Positions 28,342-38,313 of a stretch of 64,000 nucleotides of DNA are shown piece after piece. The DNA is from Saprospiraceae bacterium. Its GTDB lineage: Bacteria > Bacteroidota > Bacteroidia > Chitinophagales > Saprospiraceae. The first letter of the stretch is position 1. Each line of letters begins with the position of its first letter. The stretch is from positions 54,625 to 118,624 of the forward strand of contig JABARE010000046.1 of NCBI GenBank assembly GCA_019187365.1. Reading direction: 5' to 3'. The position numbers and the translations under genes were made by a program. The notes under the pieces were generated by a model. It ran no database searches and was not told the origin of the DNA. It worked only from the letters and a program-made list of their open reading frames with translations.

Positions 28342-29616
28342 TCAATTCGCCAAAAAATCAGGGTTTCCATGGAGGATCATGCGGTCGATCCATGGCTGGC
28401 CGGCCGAATAGGGAAGAAAAGAAAGGTCAGAAATGGGTTTAGTGAGCAGGAGGTGAGCCTCTTTGCCCGGGGCAAGACTTCCAACGCGGTCTTGAAAATC
28501 CAGGTTAAACGCAGGGTTGATGGTCAAGGCGTTCAGTGCTTCCTCCGGGAGCAGTTTCATCTGGGTGCACGCGAGGGTCCAGGTCCACGACAGGGAAGGA
28601 TTCGGAGACGTGCCGGGGTTGAAATCTGAAGCCAGGACAATGCCCAGTCCTGCATCGATCATTTTCCGGGCGGGTGGATGGTGAAGCCCCATAAACATGG
28701 CGGCATAGGGCAAAAGCACAGGCGCCGTTCCGGGGGCCTTCAGAAGGGCTTCAATTTCGCGGTCGTCGCACACTTCGAGATGGTCGACGCTCAGCGCCCC
28801 GTGCGCAATGGCCAGGTCAATGCCCCCGCTGTGGGTAAACTGGTTGGTGTGCAGACGGGGCCGCAGGCCATGAGCGGTGGCCGCCGTAAAGAGCTGGTCA
28901 ACCTCTTCCGTTGAGAAAAATCCATTTTCGCAGAATGCGTCGCAGTAGTCCGCCAAGCCCTGAGCAGCAATTTCCGGGATCATTTCATCTGTCAAAATGC
29001 GCAGGTAGGCTGCATGGTCGGTGCGAAACTCCGCCGGATAGGCATGGGCTCCCAGAAAGGTGGCGCGTATTGGCAACCCGCTGACCTGTTTAAGCCTGCG
29101 TACCACCCGCAGAATCTTTAACTCAGACTCCGTATCGAGCCCGTAGCCGCTCTTGATCTCAAAAGCAGCCGTGCCGGTAGCGGCGGACTGGAGTAGGCGT
29201 TGAAGTGAGCTTTCAAAAAGTTCGTCCTCGGTAAGGCGTCGAAGTTTTTCTGCTGAATTCAGTATCCCACCCCCGCGTTGCGCTATTTCCTGGTAGCTCA
29301 ACCCGCGTATCCGGTCGACAAATTCCGCGTTGCGCCATTCTGCAAAAACCAGGTGGGTGTGGCAGTCGACAAAGGCCGGAAGTATCCAGCCGCCCTTTGC
29401 ATCCAAGACCCGATCTATGCCATCGGGACTCTCCTCTTCCGGTCCCATCCCGGCGATGAGGCCGTCTTCAATCAGGAGGTAGCCATTGTTAAGAATGGGG
29501 AGTTCTTTCATTGCGGGTCCCCGACGAAAAGCTCCCATGCCCGTCTGTACCAGGCCTGCGATGTTGTGAATGAGCAGGCGCCCCTGCTGCTTCGGTGGAA
29601 CCTGCAGCGGCTGCAT
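28342..29616 (-). CDS. hutI: imidazolonepropionase
   Basis: It has amidohydrolase/HutI motifs (AFVDCHTHLVFAEWR, TFLGAHAYP). ATG 29616 lies 1 nt after the stop of the upstream gene. The track ORF start at 29676 overlaps that gene. Confidence 0.88.
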   Translation of the reverse strand: MQPLQVPPKQQGRLLIHNIAGLVQTGMGAFRRGPAMKELPILNNGYLLIEDGLIAGMGPEEESPDGIDRVLDAKGGWILPAFVDCHTHLVFAEWRNAEFVDRIRGLSYQEIAQRGGGILNSAEKLRRLTEDELFESSLQRLLQSAATGTAAFEIKSGYGLDTESELKILRVVRRLKQVSGLPIRATFLGAHAYPAEFRTDHAAYLRILTDEMIPEIAAQGLADYCDAFCENGFFSTEEVDQLFTAATAHGLRPRLHTNQFTHSGGIDLAIAHGALSVDHLEVCDDREIEALLKAPGTAPVLLPYAAMFMGLHHPPARKMIDAGLGIVLASDFNPGTSPNPSLSWTWTLACTQMKLLPEEALNALTINPAFNLDFQDRVGSLAPGKEAHLLLTKPISDLSFLPYSAGQPWIDRMILHGNPDFLAN

Positions 29617-29617
29617 G

Positions 29618-30448
29618 CTAGCGGGCAAATGGATTGGGAACGAGATCCGCGGAATAGCCGTCTCGCTGGAGTACATCCAAGAATACTTCCGCCTCTTCGG
29701 ATTGGTCGAAATGCCCCAGCATAACCCGGAAACGGCTGGCAGCTCCCTTGCGCTGCTCTTCTGCGATGCGAACCTCCTGCGTGTAGCGACTTACGAGCTC
29801 CACGGCGAGTTCTTCGGCATCGTTGCGGAGGGAAAGGACCGCGAGCTGCAGGCAATATCCCCGTCCTGCTGCCGGCAGGGGGGAAACATCCGGAGCCTCC
29901 ACCCGCTGATCTGCAATGACTTCCCGTGCAGCAGCATCAGATTCTGCGAGCAAATCATCAAACTCCCCCATGTTGGGAAGTACCACTTCCACTACCGGGG
30001 TTTCTTCTGCTTCGGCCGGAACCGGGGCCGCGTTCAGAAAATTCGCTCCCGACTGGCGGACCCAGTCGATAAAGGTCTCCGGACTGAAGTTTTGTTCTAC
30101 GCGAGACAAGACGCTACCCGATGCTCGCAAGAGCACCGTAGTCGGGAGAGCTGAGATTTGGAATTCATTGCGAAGTCGCCGGTTTGCGGGTTCATCCACG
30201 TCGACTTTATATACTACCAGATGTTGGTCGACAAACTGACGTACCGCCCGATCGGCAAACACTTCGCGGTCCATGACTTTACAGGGCTGGCACCATTTGG
30301 CGGTGAACTGTAGGACCAGCAATTTTTTTTCGAGACAGGCCTTTTCCTTAGCAGCGTTGAGACTTCCGTTGAAGGCGATGGAGGAAGGGTCGGCAGCCTG
30401 GACCAGGGCGGCGCAGCAGCAAGCGAGTAAAACGAGGTAGTTTTTCAT
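29618..30448 (-). CDS. exported thioredoxin-fold protein fused to a C-terminal SPOR (septal peptidoglycan-binding) domain
   Basis: It has a signal peptide (MKNYLVLLACCCAALVQA), a thioredoxin motif FTAKWCQPCK, an acidic linker, and a SPOR-like C-terminus (YCLQLAVLSLRNDAEELAVEL...RFRVMLGHFDQSEEAEVFLDVLQ). Confidence 0.7.
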   Translation of the reverse strand: MKNYLVLLACCCAALVQAADPSSIAFNGSLNAAKEKACLEKKLLVLQFTAKWCQPCKVMDREVFADRAVRQFVDQHLVVYKVDVDEPANRRLRNEFQISALPTTVLLRASGSVLSRVEQNFSPETFIDWVRQSGANFLNAAPVPAEAEETPVVEVVLPNMGEFDDLLAESDAAAREVIADQRVEAPDVSPLPAAGRGYCLQLAVLSLRNDAEELAVELVSRYTQEVRIAEEQRKGAASRFRVMLGHFDQSEEAEVFLDVLQRDGYSADLVPNPFAR

Positions 30449-30616
30449 CTTCGAGCGTTTAAATGGGTGAACGTCCCATGCAAATCGCACAATTTGCGTA
30501 CCAAAATTCTATATTATATTTATTCATATATTTATATTATTGTCTATCTTGTTAATATAAGTTATAAATAATTTTAATATGAAACAGTTCAAATCCACGC
30601 GTATGCCTTGCCGGTG

Positions 30617-30624
30617 TATCTTTG
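30617..30624 (+). promoter_or_regulatory. Bacteroidota -7 promoter box TATCTTTG upstream of fabH
   Basis: It is a perfect TAnnTTTG match 20 nt before ATG 30645, preceded by a very AT-rich tract of about 110 bp. Confidence 0.5.
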
Positions 30625-30644
30625 TCTCCTAAAACCACGATTTG

Positions 30645-31634
30645 ATGGGGCAAAGAAGGGCTGCGATCACGGGAATTCAGGGCTATTTGCCCGACTATGT
30701 GCTGACCAATGCAGAATTGGAAAAGATGGTGGACACCACCGATGATTGGATCACGACTCGGACCGGAGTCCGGGAGCGGCATATCCTGAAAGTGCCCGGG
30801 AAGGCGGCATCTGACCTGGGCTTGGGGGCCGTTGAGGGTCTGCTTCGCAAGACAGGGACAGACCCCTCCGAAATTGAACTGCTCATTTGTTGCACGGTAA
30901 CCGGCGACATGGTTTTTCCGGATACTGCCAACACCATTTGTTATAAGGCGGGCATTAAAAACGCCTGGGGTTTTGACGTCAATGCGGCCTGTTCAGGCTT
31001 CCTTTACGGCCTGACCACCGGCGCCAAATTTGTCGAATGCGGGATGCACCGCAAGGTGATCGTCGTCGGGGTCGACGTCATGTCATCGATCATCGATTAC
31101 ACCGACCGTGCCACCTGCATCATTTTTGGCGATGGGGCGGGTGCGGTCTTGCTGGAACCACGGGAAGACGGTTTGGGCATCATCGACTCCGTATTTCACG
31201 GCGACGGCGCAGGCCGTGAGTTTTTGCACATGAAAGCAGGCGGATCGCTTCGCCCCCCCAGCCTGGAAACCGTTCAGAACAAAGAGCACTACGTGTACCA
31301 GGATGGCAAGCCCGTTTTCAAGGCAGCGGTTGTGGGTATGGTAGAATCGATCCGCGAAGTCATGTCCCGTAACGAATTGACGACAGCCGACGTGGACTGG
31401 CTGGTCCCGCATCAGGCCAACATTCGCATCATCAACAGCGTTTCGGATCATCTGAAATTTGACATCAACAAAGTGATGATCAACATCCACCGGTATGGGA
31501 ATACGACTTCCGGAACCCTTCCTCTATGCATGTGGGACTGGGAAAAGCAACTCAAAAAAGGAGACCGGATTTTGCTGAGTGCTTTTGGAGGAGGATTTAC
31601 CTGGGGCACGACGTATTTGCGCTGGGCTTACTGA
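30645..31634 (+). CDS. fabH: 3-oxoacyl-ACP synthase III
   Basis: 329 aa with the active-site Cys motif NAACSGFLYG, the HQAN histidine motif and the GNTTSGT asparagine motif. Confidence 0.92.
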   Translation: MGQRRAAITGIQGYLPDYVLTNAELEKMVDTTDDWITTRTGVRERHILKVPGKAASDLGLGAVEGLLRKTGTDPSEIELLICCTVTGDMVFPDTANTICYKAGIKNAWGFDVNAACSGFLYGLTTGAKFVECGMHRKVIVVGVDVMSSIIDYTDRATCIIFGDGAGAVLLEPREDGLGIIDSVFHGDGAGREFLHMKAGGSLRPPSLETVQNKEHYVYQDGKPVFKAAVVGMVESIREVMSRNELTTADVDWLVPHQANIRIINSVSDHLKFDINKVMINIHRYGNTTSGTLPLCMWDWEKQLKKGDRILLSAFGGGFTWGTTYLRWAY

Positions 31635-31641
31635 CGTGATC

Positions 31642-32586
31642 ATGCAAGGCAGCCTGTGCGCATTGTTGGGCATCCGCCACCCGGTCATCATGGCGCCCAT
31701 GTTTTTGGTGTCGAATCTGGAAATGAGTTTTGCGGCCGTGCGTTCCGGAATTGCAGCGTGCATTCCCGCGCTCAACTACAGGACCACCGACGAACTCCGG
31801 GTTGCTCTGGCGCGCATACGCGAAAGCGGAGCTTGCGTTGGCATCAACCTCGTTGCCAACGCGTCCAATTACAAACTCGAAGCGCAGTTGAAAGCCTGTG
31901 TCGATCAACGCGTGCCCTTTGTCATCAGCTCACTGGGGAATCCGCGCAAGATCATCGATGCTTGCAAGCCGCACGGCATCAAAGTGTTTTGTGATGTCAT
32001 CGATCACCAGACCGCTGCCAAAACGGTGCGGCTGGGCCCGGACGGACTCATCGCAGTCACCCGGCTGGCCGGAGGGCACAGAGGTCCTCTGATGCCGGAG
32101 GAATTCATTCCCGGTCTGGTGGACGCTTTTCCGGACATGCCCATCATTGCAGCGGGCGGCGTCGGCGACCGCGAAAGTTATCAGCGGCTCATGCAACTGG
32201 GTGCAGCAGGCGTTTCGGTGGGAACGGTATTTATCGCTTCCATAGAATCGCCCGTGCGCGAAGAATACAAGCGCGCCTGCGTTGAATATTCGGATTCAGA
32301 CATCGTGGATACCACCAAGCTGAGCGGAGTTCCCTGCACGGTGATCAACACGCCGTATGTACAAAAAACGGGAACGCGTCAAAATCTGTTGCAACGCCTT
32401 TTGCATCGCAACCGCAGGTTCAAAAAGTGGATCAAATTGCTGACTTACCAGCGCGGCATGCGCATCCTCGAACGCGCCGCTTTCGACCAAAATTACCAAA
32501 CAGTGTGGTGTGCGGGACCTGCCATCCGCTATGTCCACAGCATTCGCCCGGTTAAGGACATCGTAGGCGACATTGTAGGAGATTGA
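31642..32586 (+). CDS. nitronate monooxygenase / FabK-like FMN oxidoreductase (NPD family)
   Basis: 314 aa from ATG 31642 (MQGSLCALLGIRHPVIMAPM). It is TIM-barrel NMO-like with IIAAGGVGD. It lies 7 nt after fabH. Confidence 0.8.
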   Translation: MQGSLCALLGIRHPVIMAPMFLVSNLEMSFAAVRSGIAACIPALNYRTTDELRVALARIRESGACVGINLVANASNYKLEAQLKACVDQRVPFVISSLGNPRKIIDACKPHGIKVFCDVIDHQTAAKTVRLGPDGLIAVTRLAGGHRGPLMPEEFIPGLVDAFPDMPIIAAGGVGDRESYQRLMQLGAAGVSVGTVFIASIESPVREEYKRACVEYSDSDIVDTTKLSGVPCTVINTPYVQKTGTRQNLLQRLLHRNRRFKKWIKLLTYQRGMRILERAAFDQNYQTVWCAGPAIRYVHSIRPVKDIVGDIVGD

Positions 32587-32615
32587 TCGGTTGTCTTCGA
32601 ATACACGGAGGGGGG

Positions 32616-34274
32616 TCAGGAGCGCTTTTGCGGTTTTGATTTGATCTTTTTCTTTCCCTTTGTGGTTTGTGCAAGTTCAAATGCGCGCTGTGCATTCAGC
32701 AAACCACCGGTCATGCTCAACTCAGAAAGCGCAACTTCTTTCTTTACTGCAGGGTGGCTTACAGCGTAATCGGGTTTTACCACGCTCTTGTTCAGGATCT
32801 CCCGGACCTGAACTGCGGTGAGTTTAGGAAAATGCGCGCGCAAAACAGCTGCTACGCCTGCGACCATCGGGCTCGCCATGGAGGTGCCCTGCTCGTAGCT
32901 GTAGGCATTGCCGGGCTTGGTCGAATAAATCAATACGCCCGGAGCGAACAGGTCGACGGTTTTCTTCCCTATGTTGGAGAATTCGGCCACCAGACCAGAT
33001 CCGGTTTCAAAGCCGGTTGCACCAACCTCGATCCAGTTCTCTGCGCGGTTGCAGGAAAGGAATTTTTTCTTTGCGTATTTTTTGTTTGGAAAATTTTCGA
33101 CGACATCGTTGTCCGTTCCTGAATTCCCTGCCGCGTGCACGAGCAGCACATCGCGTTTATCGGCATAGCGAACCGCTTCGTCGACTATGCGTTTGTTGGG
33201 CGAGTACCCCTTACCAAAACTCATGTTGATGACCGAGGCGCCGTTGTCGACCGCGTACCGGATGGCGTTGGCGATGTCTTTGTCGCGTTCGTCGCCGTCG
33301 GGAACACACCGCACCGACATGATCCGGACGCAATCGGCGATCCCGTCGATGCCCAGATCGTTTTTCCGTATGGCGGCGACGATCCCGGCTACGTGCGTGC
33401 CATGCGATGCGTCGGGTCCTTCCACGTCGGAGTTCCCGTAAATGCGCTCGTTGACGTCATCGTAACGGTCACCCACCAGGGTCCTTGAATCGTAATCGGG
33501 ATTAAAAGCATAGTTGACCTCTTTAGAGAAATGCCTTTTCCCCTCCTCAAAATCCTTAGTGACCAAGGCCCGCAATTCGGCAACGCTTTTCACCTGTACC
33601 CCTTCTCTCACAATTTGCCGGGCAATCGCCAGCCCCATGACCAGTTCCTGTGAGCCATCCTCTTCAATTTTATTGATGTTTTCTTCGGTGATCGCACTAT
33701 CGCCTAAGGTGCGAGTGAGGGCATCCAGCGCACCGATCACAAATTTTTCCGTCTGCAGCAACTGCTCCAGATTTTTGGAAGCGCTCTCGCGACGTTCTTC
33801 CACTTCCTTTTTGAGCTTGGTGTACAAGGCATACTCCTTCTTTTGTTCGCCGTTCATCTTCTTTGGATCGGCGGTGGCGAACTTATAGCGCATGCCTGCA
33901 TACAGCCGCGTTGCTTCGTAGGTGTCGTATTGAACGTTGCCCATAGCTCCACCAATGAAGTTCCAGCCGTGCACGTCATCGACATAACCATTCTTGTCGT
34001 CGTCGATGCCGTTGCCGGCAATCTCCCCGGGATTTTTCCACATGACCTGCGCGAGGTCTTCGTGTTCGGCATCCACTCCCGAATCGAGGATCGCCACGAC
34101 AACCGGTTCGACGGGGCGATCCTTCAGCCAGGTGCCGAAGGTTTTCTCCAGGCTAATGCCCGGCACGCCGTCGCTGGTCTGGTCGAGCAAGTGCCAGTTG
34201 AGCGGTACCGCCTGCTGTGCATCCAGTTGAAAGGCAAGACTCATGGCGATCAAAAAGAACCATTTTTTAGGCAT
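32616..34274 (-). CDS. secreted S8-family (subtilisin-like) serine peptidase
   Basis: It has a signal peptide and the catalytic triad motifs VAILDSGVD, HGTHVAGIVAA and GTSMASPMVAG. ATG is at 34274. Confidence 0.9.
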   Translation of the reverse strand: MPKKWFFLIAMSLAFQLDAQQAVPLNWHLLDQTSDGVPGISLEKTFGTWLKDRPVEPVVVAILDSGVDAEHEDLAQVMWKNPGEIAGNGIDDDKNGYVDDVHGWNFIGGAMGNVQYDTYEATRLYAGMRYKFATADPKKMNGEQKKEYALYTKLKKEVEERRESASKNLEQLLQTEKFVIGALDALTRTLGDSAITEENINKIEEDGSQELVMGLAIARQIVREGVQVKSVAELRALVTKDFEEGKRHFSKEVNYAFNPDYDSRTLVGDRYDDVNERIYGNSDVEGPDASHGTHVAGIVAAIRKNDLGIDGIADCVRIMSVRCVPDGDERDKDIANAIRYAVDNGASVINMSFGKGYSPNKRIVDEAVRYADKRDVLLVHAAGNSGTDNDVVENFPNKKYAKKKFLSCNRAENWIEVGATGFETGSGLVAEFSNIGKKTVDLFAPGVLIYSTKPGNAYSYEQGTSMASPMVAGVAAVLRAHFPKLTAVQVREILNKSVVKPDYAVSHPAVKKEVALSELSMTGGLLNAQRAFELAQTTKGKKKIKSKPQKRS

Positions 34275-34365
34275 CACAAACCGTTTAATTCGTTATTTAA
34301 TAATTAAAACCCTCAAAATCAGTCGATAAAATAATAAACAATTTTGCAATATCTCAGAATCTGCA

Positions 34366-34373
34366 TAATTTTG
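34366..34373 (+). promoter_or_regulatory. Bacteroidota -7 promoter box TAATTTTG upstream of the beta-barrel protein / recQ
   Basis: It is a perfect TAnnTTTG match 21 nt before ATG 34395. Confidence 0.45.
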
Positions 34374-34394
34374 CAGGAAAGCACCGGCATCAGA

Positions 34395-35225
34395 ATGAGG
34401 TCATCGCACATAGCAACAATCTTTCTGCTCGTTGCAAATTCCCTGGGTTCGCAGACCTTCGACCTGGGCATATCCCTTGGGGCCGCAAGTTACAACGGCG
34501 ATCTCAGCGAAAGTGTATCCGCCTCCCTGCGCAGGAGCCACCTGGCTCAATGCCTCGTTGCCCGGCTGGAACTCGACCCGGTCTTCAGTCTTCGACTTCA
34601 GTACACGCGGATGACCGTCAGCGGCGACGATGCGGACGCGGTAAATCCGCTGTTGCGCAAGCGCAATTTGCATTTTCGCAGCGAGTTGAGCGAAATCGCA
34701 TTAACCGGGCAATTGCAGGTTTTTAACCTGTTTCGCATGGAACCCTTGCGGTTTAGCCCATATCTCTTTTTGGGAGCGGGGCTGTGCTGGTATAGCCCGG
34801 AAGCTGAATACGGCGGGCGCTGGATTGCCCTTCGGTCGCTGGGAACCGAAGGACAGGGCATGCCGGGATATCCGGAGGCCTATTCCGGGCGCGCTGTTGC
34901 CGTGTTGATGGGGACTGGAATGCGCTACCCTCTTTCGCTTCATTTCAGCGTTGGGGTCGAAGCCTGTCTGCGCTTCACCAATACCGATTACCTCGACGAC
35001 GCTTCGGGGAATTACGTCGCATACGGAGAGCTGTTGCGATCCAGGGGAAGGGCTGCCGCCGACCTGGGCAATAAAATCGATGCCCACACGGGCCAGCAGC
35101 GGGCCAATCCAAAATCGAACGACGGATACCAGAGCCTGAGCCTTTCCCTGCATTACCATTTTGGAAAAAATCCTTTGTTTAAAAATAGCCTGTTCAAAAA
35201 TCCCGTTCGCTGTCCAGCATTCTAA
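34395..35225 (+). CDS. putative outer-membrane beta-barrel protein (DUF6089-like)
   Basis: 276 aa from ATG 34395. It has a signal peptide (IATIFLLVANSLGSQ), alternating amphipathic beta-strand pattern and an aromatic-rich C-terminal region. The family call is from memory only. Confidence 0.55.
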   Translation: MRSSHIATIFLLVANSLGSQTFDLGISLGAASYNGDLSESVSASLRRSHLAQCLVARLELDPVFSLRLQYTRMTVSGDDADAVNPLLRKRNLHFRSELSEIALTGQLQVFNLFRMEPLRFSPYLFLGAGLCWYSPEAEYGGRWIALRSLGTEGQGMPGYPEAYSGRAVAVLMGTGMRYPLSLHFSVGVEACLRFTNTDYLDDASGNYVAYGELLRSRGRAAADLGNKIDAHTGQQRANPKSNDGYQSLSLSLHYHFGKNPLFKNSLFKNPVRCPAF

Positions 35226-37154
35226 ATGGAACAGCTTTCTCAAGACCCGCTCGTCGTTCTCCGCAAACATTGGGGCTATGACCGGTTCCGCCCCTTTCAG
35301 GAAGACATCATCCGCTCCGTGCTGGAGGGGAGGGACACCGTGGCCTTGTTGCCGACCGGGGGAGGTAAGTCCCTGTGCTATCAGGTGCCTGTACTGTGCA
35401 ATCCGGGGCTCTGCGTGGTGATCTCTCCCCTGATTGCCCTGATGGAGGACCAGGTGCGACGCCTGCGCGACCTGCACATCGATGCAGCGGCACTGCACTC
35501 CGGTATTCATTCGCGCGAGGTCGAACGCGTTTTGTCGAATGCCCGATTCGGACAGCTCAAATTGCTCTACATGGCGCCGGAACGGCTGGCAACTGCACGC
35601 ATGCAGGAATACCTGCGCATCCTCGACATTCGCTTTTTCGCCGTCGATGAAGCACACTGCATCGCCCAGTGGGGGCATGACTTCAGACCTTCGTATCTGA
35701 ACATCGCCCAATGCCGCAGCTTGGCTCCCAACGCCAATTTCCTGGCACTTACGGCTACAGCGACCCCTCAAACACGCAACGAAATTGCCAGCCAGCTTCA
35801 GTTGCGCGATCCACGCTGGTTCGAAATGAGTTTTCGGAGGTCCAACCTTTCCATCGTCGTCCGGGAAGAAGAGAACAAGCGCGATTTCATGCTGCACCTG
35901 CTTCACAAAATTCGCGGCAGCTCTTTGGTGTATGTTCGCAACCGCAAACTCACCGAAACCCTGAGTCAATTTTTAAAACAGCGGGGTCTGGGAGCAGAAG
36001 CTTACCACGCAGGACTTGAGCCTGCGGTGCGTTCAGAGCGACAGGAGCGCTGGGTCAGGGGCGAAACCCCCGTCATGGTTGCCACCAACGCCTTTGGAAT
36101 GGGCATCGACAAAGCAGACGTCCGGTTGGTGCATCACCTCGACCTGCCTCCTGGTCTGGAAGAATACTTTCAGGAAATCGGCCGCGCCGGCCGCGACCAG
36201 CAAGCCGCTTACGCCGTATTGTGCTATACGCGGGGCGACACGACGCGCCTTCGGGAAGAATGGGAATTGCAATTTCCTACCCTGGAGGAACTTCGCGAAA
36301 TATACAAGTTGCTCGCGGTACACTTTCAAATCGCTACGGGAGTTGAAATGGAGGAAAGCGTGGATTTCGACGTTTCGGCATTTTGTACGCGCTTTCACAT
36401 GAAACCGGCCAAAATATTGCCGGCTTTGCGCATCCTGGAACAATCCGGTAAAATCGTCGTATCCGATGCCTTATACCGTCCTTCACGAGTTCATTTCGTC
36501 GCTTCCGATGCCGAATTGCGACAGGCCATGGCGGGCGATCCCGGTGCTGAAGCCCTAATCAAAACCATGTTGCGCAGTTATGAAGGCATCTTCCATTATG
36601 CCGTTCCCATCGATGAGTACCAACTGGCAAGAAGCCTTGCCGTTCCGGTTGAAAGTTTGCTCTTTTCTCTGAGAAAGATGCAGGCCGAAGGTTTATTGCG
36701 TTTCCAGGAAGCAAAGACCAGACCCCAATTGTTGTTTTTGGGAGAGCGCGAGCGCAGCACCGATCTCACGATCGACAAAGCGTGGTACGATCGACGCAAG
36801 GCTTTGCTGAAGGCCCGTATGGAGGGAATGCTCCGCTTTGTAGAGACCGATCAATGCCGTCAGGCCTTTATTTCCTCTTATTTTGGCCAGCAGGAGACTG
36901 AACCCTGTGGAAACTGCGACAATTGTCGCATGGCCGGGCAAACTGAGGTCGACGCGGCCACCCTCGCTCAATGGCGTGCCGCAATCGTAAAACAGCTTCT
37001 GGAAAAAGGGCCCAGCCCTCTTCGCGAAATTCTTTATCGTTTTCCTCTCAACCGCAGACCCGAGATCGAAGCGCTCGTCGAAAACCTGGTTGCCGAAGGA
37101 AGCCTGAGCAGAAAATGGGACATCCTATCTTTGAACGATCCTGCACAGCAATGA
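35226..37154 (+). CDS. recQ: ATP-dependent DNA helicase RecQ
   Basis: 642 aa with LLPTGGGKSLCYQ (motif I), AVDEAHCIAQWGHDFRP (DEAH box) and a C-terminal Cys cluster CGNCDNC. Confidence 0.95.
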   Translation: MEQLSQDPLVVLRKHWGYDRFRPFQEDIIRSVLEGRDTVALLPTGGGKSLCYQVPVLCNPGLCVVISPLIALMEDQVRRLRDLHIDAAALHSGIHSREVERVLSNARFGQLKLLYMAPERLATARMQEYLRILDIRFFAVDEAHCIAQWGHDFRPSYLNIAQCRSLAPNANFLALTATATPQTRNEIASQLQLRDPRWFEMSFRRSNLSIVVREEENKRDFMLHLLHKIRGSSLVYVRNRKLTETLSQFLKQRGLGAEAYHAGLEPAVRSERQERWVRGETPVMVATNAFGMGIDKADVRLVHHLDLPPGLEEYFQEIGRAGRDQQAAYAVLCYTRGDTTRLREEWELQFPTLEELREIYKLLAVHFQIATGVEMEESVDFDVSAFCTRFHMKPAKILPALRILEQSGKIVVSDALYRPSRVHFVASDAELRQAMAGDPGAEALIKTMLRSYEGIFHYAVPIDEYQLARSLAVPVESLLFSLRKMQAEGLLRFQEAKTRPQLLFLGERERSTDLTIDKAWYDRRKALLKARMEGMLRFVETDQCRQAFISSYFGQQETEPCGNCDNCRMAGQTEVDAATLAQWRAAIVKQLLEKGPSPLREILYRFPLNRRPEIEALVENLVAEGSLSRKWDILSLNDPAQQ

Positions 37155-38284
37155 GGATACAACTTGCTGCCACCACGGACATTGTCTGCGATTCGCGCGT
37201 TCGAAAAATAGCCGGTTCGCTTTCTTCTGCCGGGTACGAATTATCCGTTACCGGCAGATCCAGAGGAGTTCAACCCTCCATGGAAGCACCTTATCGACTT
37301 GCCTGGCTGAAGTGCAATGCCCGCCGGGGAATGATGTTTTACACCGAATTCAACCTGCGGTTGTTCTGGAAACTGCTCTTGTCGAAATGTGATGTCATCT
37401 ACGCATGCGACCTCGACACGCTGATTGCGTGCACCCTTGTTGCAAAACTGCGACGAAAAAACTTGGTATTTGACGCGCATGAGTACTTTGAGCACAGCGT
37501 AGAAATTGTCGAAAAGCCCTGGGTGCGGTGGGTATGGCGAATGGTAGCCCGAACCTGCATCCCTCACTGCGATTTGTGCTTTACCGTATCTGCCAGCCTG
37601 GCGCAGGAGTTGTCGCAAGTTTACCACCAACCCTTCCATCTCGTCCGCAATACGCCCGTTCTCAGCGAAGTTCCGCCACCTGCCGACGATGGGGTGCCTG
37701 GCGGGAAAGTGCTTTGGTATCAGGGAGCGGTGAATGCCGGTCGCGGACTCGAACAAGTGATTGATTGTCTTCCTCAGCTCCCAGGATTTGTTTTGCACAT
37801 CGCGGGGGAGGGCGATTTGACCCTGCTTTTGAAAGAATTGGTCATGCGGTTGGGCCTCCAATCCCGCGTTCGCTTCCTTGGCCGGTTGCCGTACGAATTG
37901 CTGCAGAGCCACGCATCACGCGCCTATATTGGTCTAGACCTGCTCGACGGCAAAAGCAAAAGTTATTATTTCTCGCTCAGCAACAAAACATTCGATTACA
38001 TCCATGCCGGGCTTCCCAGTGTACAAATGCGCTTTCCTGAATACGAAGCGCTGCAGCGAGAATTTTCAACCAGCATTCTGGTTGACGATCTCGATCGTTG
38101 TACCCTGATAGAAGCCATTTCCACATTGGATCAGCCAGACAGGCAGGCAAGTTGTCGCGAGCAATGCAAATTGGCAAGACTCCGTTACCACTGGGGTGTG
38201 GACGAGAAGTGCCTCCTGGAATGGTTTGCCGGACTTTCCAAAAAGGCAGCCGGTCCTGCTTCGCACTCCCGAGATCGCGACTGA
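37151..38284 (+). CDS. GT-B fold glycosyltransferase (GT4-like)
   Basis: 377 aa from ATG 37151, which overlaps the recQ stop (ATGA). The region LHIAGEGDL...VRFLGRLPYELL...FDYIHAGLP is typical of GT4 family enzymes. Confidence 0.8.
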   Translation: MRIQLAATTDIVCDSRVRKIAGSLSSAGYELSVTGRSRGVQPSMEAPYRLAWLKCNARRGMMFYTEFNLRLFWKLLLSKCDVIYACDLDTLIACTLVAKLRRKNLVFDAHEYFEHSVEIVEKPWVRWVWRMVARTCIPHCDLCFTVSASLAQELSQVYHQPFHLVRNTPVLSEVPPPADDGVPGGKVLWYQGAVNAGRGLEQVIDCLPQLPGFVLHIAGEGDLTLLLKELVMRLGLQSRVRFLGRLPYELLQSHASRAYIGLDLLDGKSKSYYFSLSNKTFDYIHAGLPSVQMRFPEYEALQREFSTSILVDDLDRCTLIEAISTLDQPDRQASCREQCKLARLRYHWGVDEKCLLEWFAGLSKKAAGPASHSRDRD

Positions 38285-38313
38285 GGCTATCTTTGGCACC
38301 GAATCTGCCCGAT

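Noticed and set aside
30491-30600. Very AT-rich tracts (also 10900-10990 and 61050-61080) as a shared repeat or origin-like element
   Set aside because: They share only TA-rich low complexity, not alignable sequence. All sit in divergent or upstream promoter regions, where AT-rich UP-like DNA is expected. I recognised no DnaA-box clusters.
34701-35969. 422-aa ORF antisense to the beta-barrel gene and recQ
   Set aside because: It overlaps two well-supported plus-strand genes and spans their junction. Its composition is typical of a shadow ORF.
36971-37150. 60-codon N-terminal extension of the glycosyltransferase ORF
   Set aside because: It lies inside the recQ 3' end in another frame. The ATG at 37151 overlapping the recQ stop gives a normal GT4 N-terminus.
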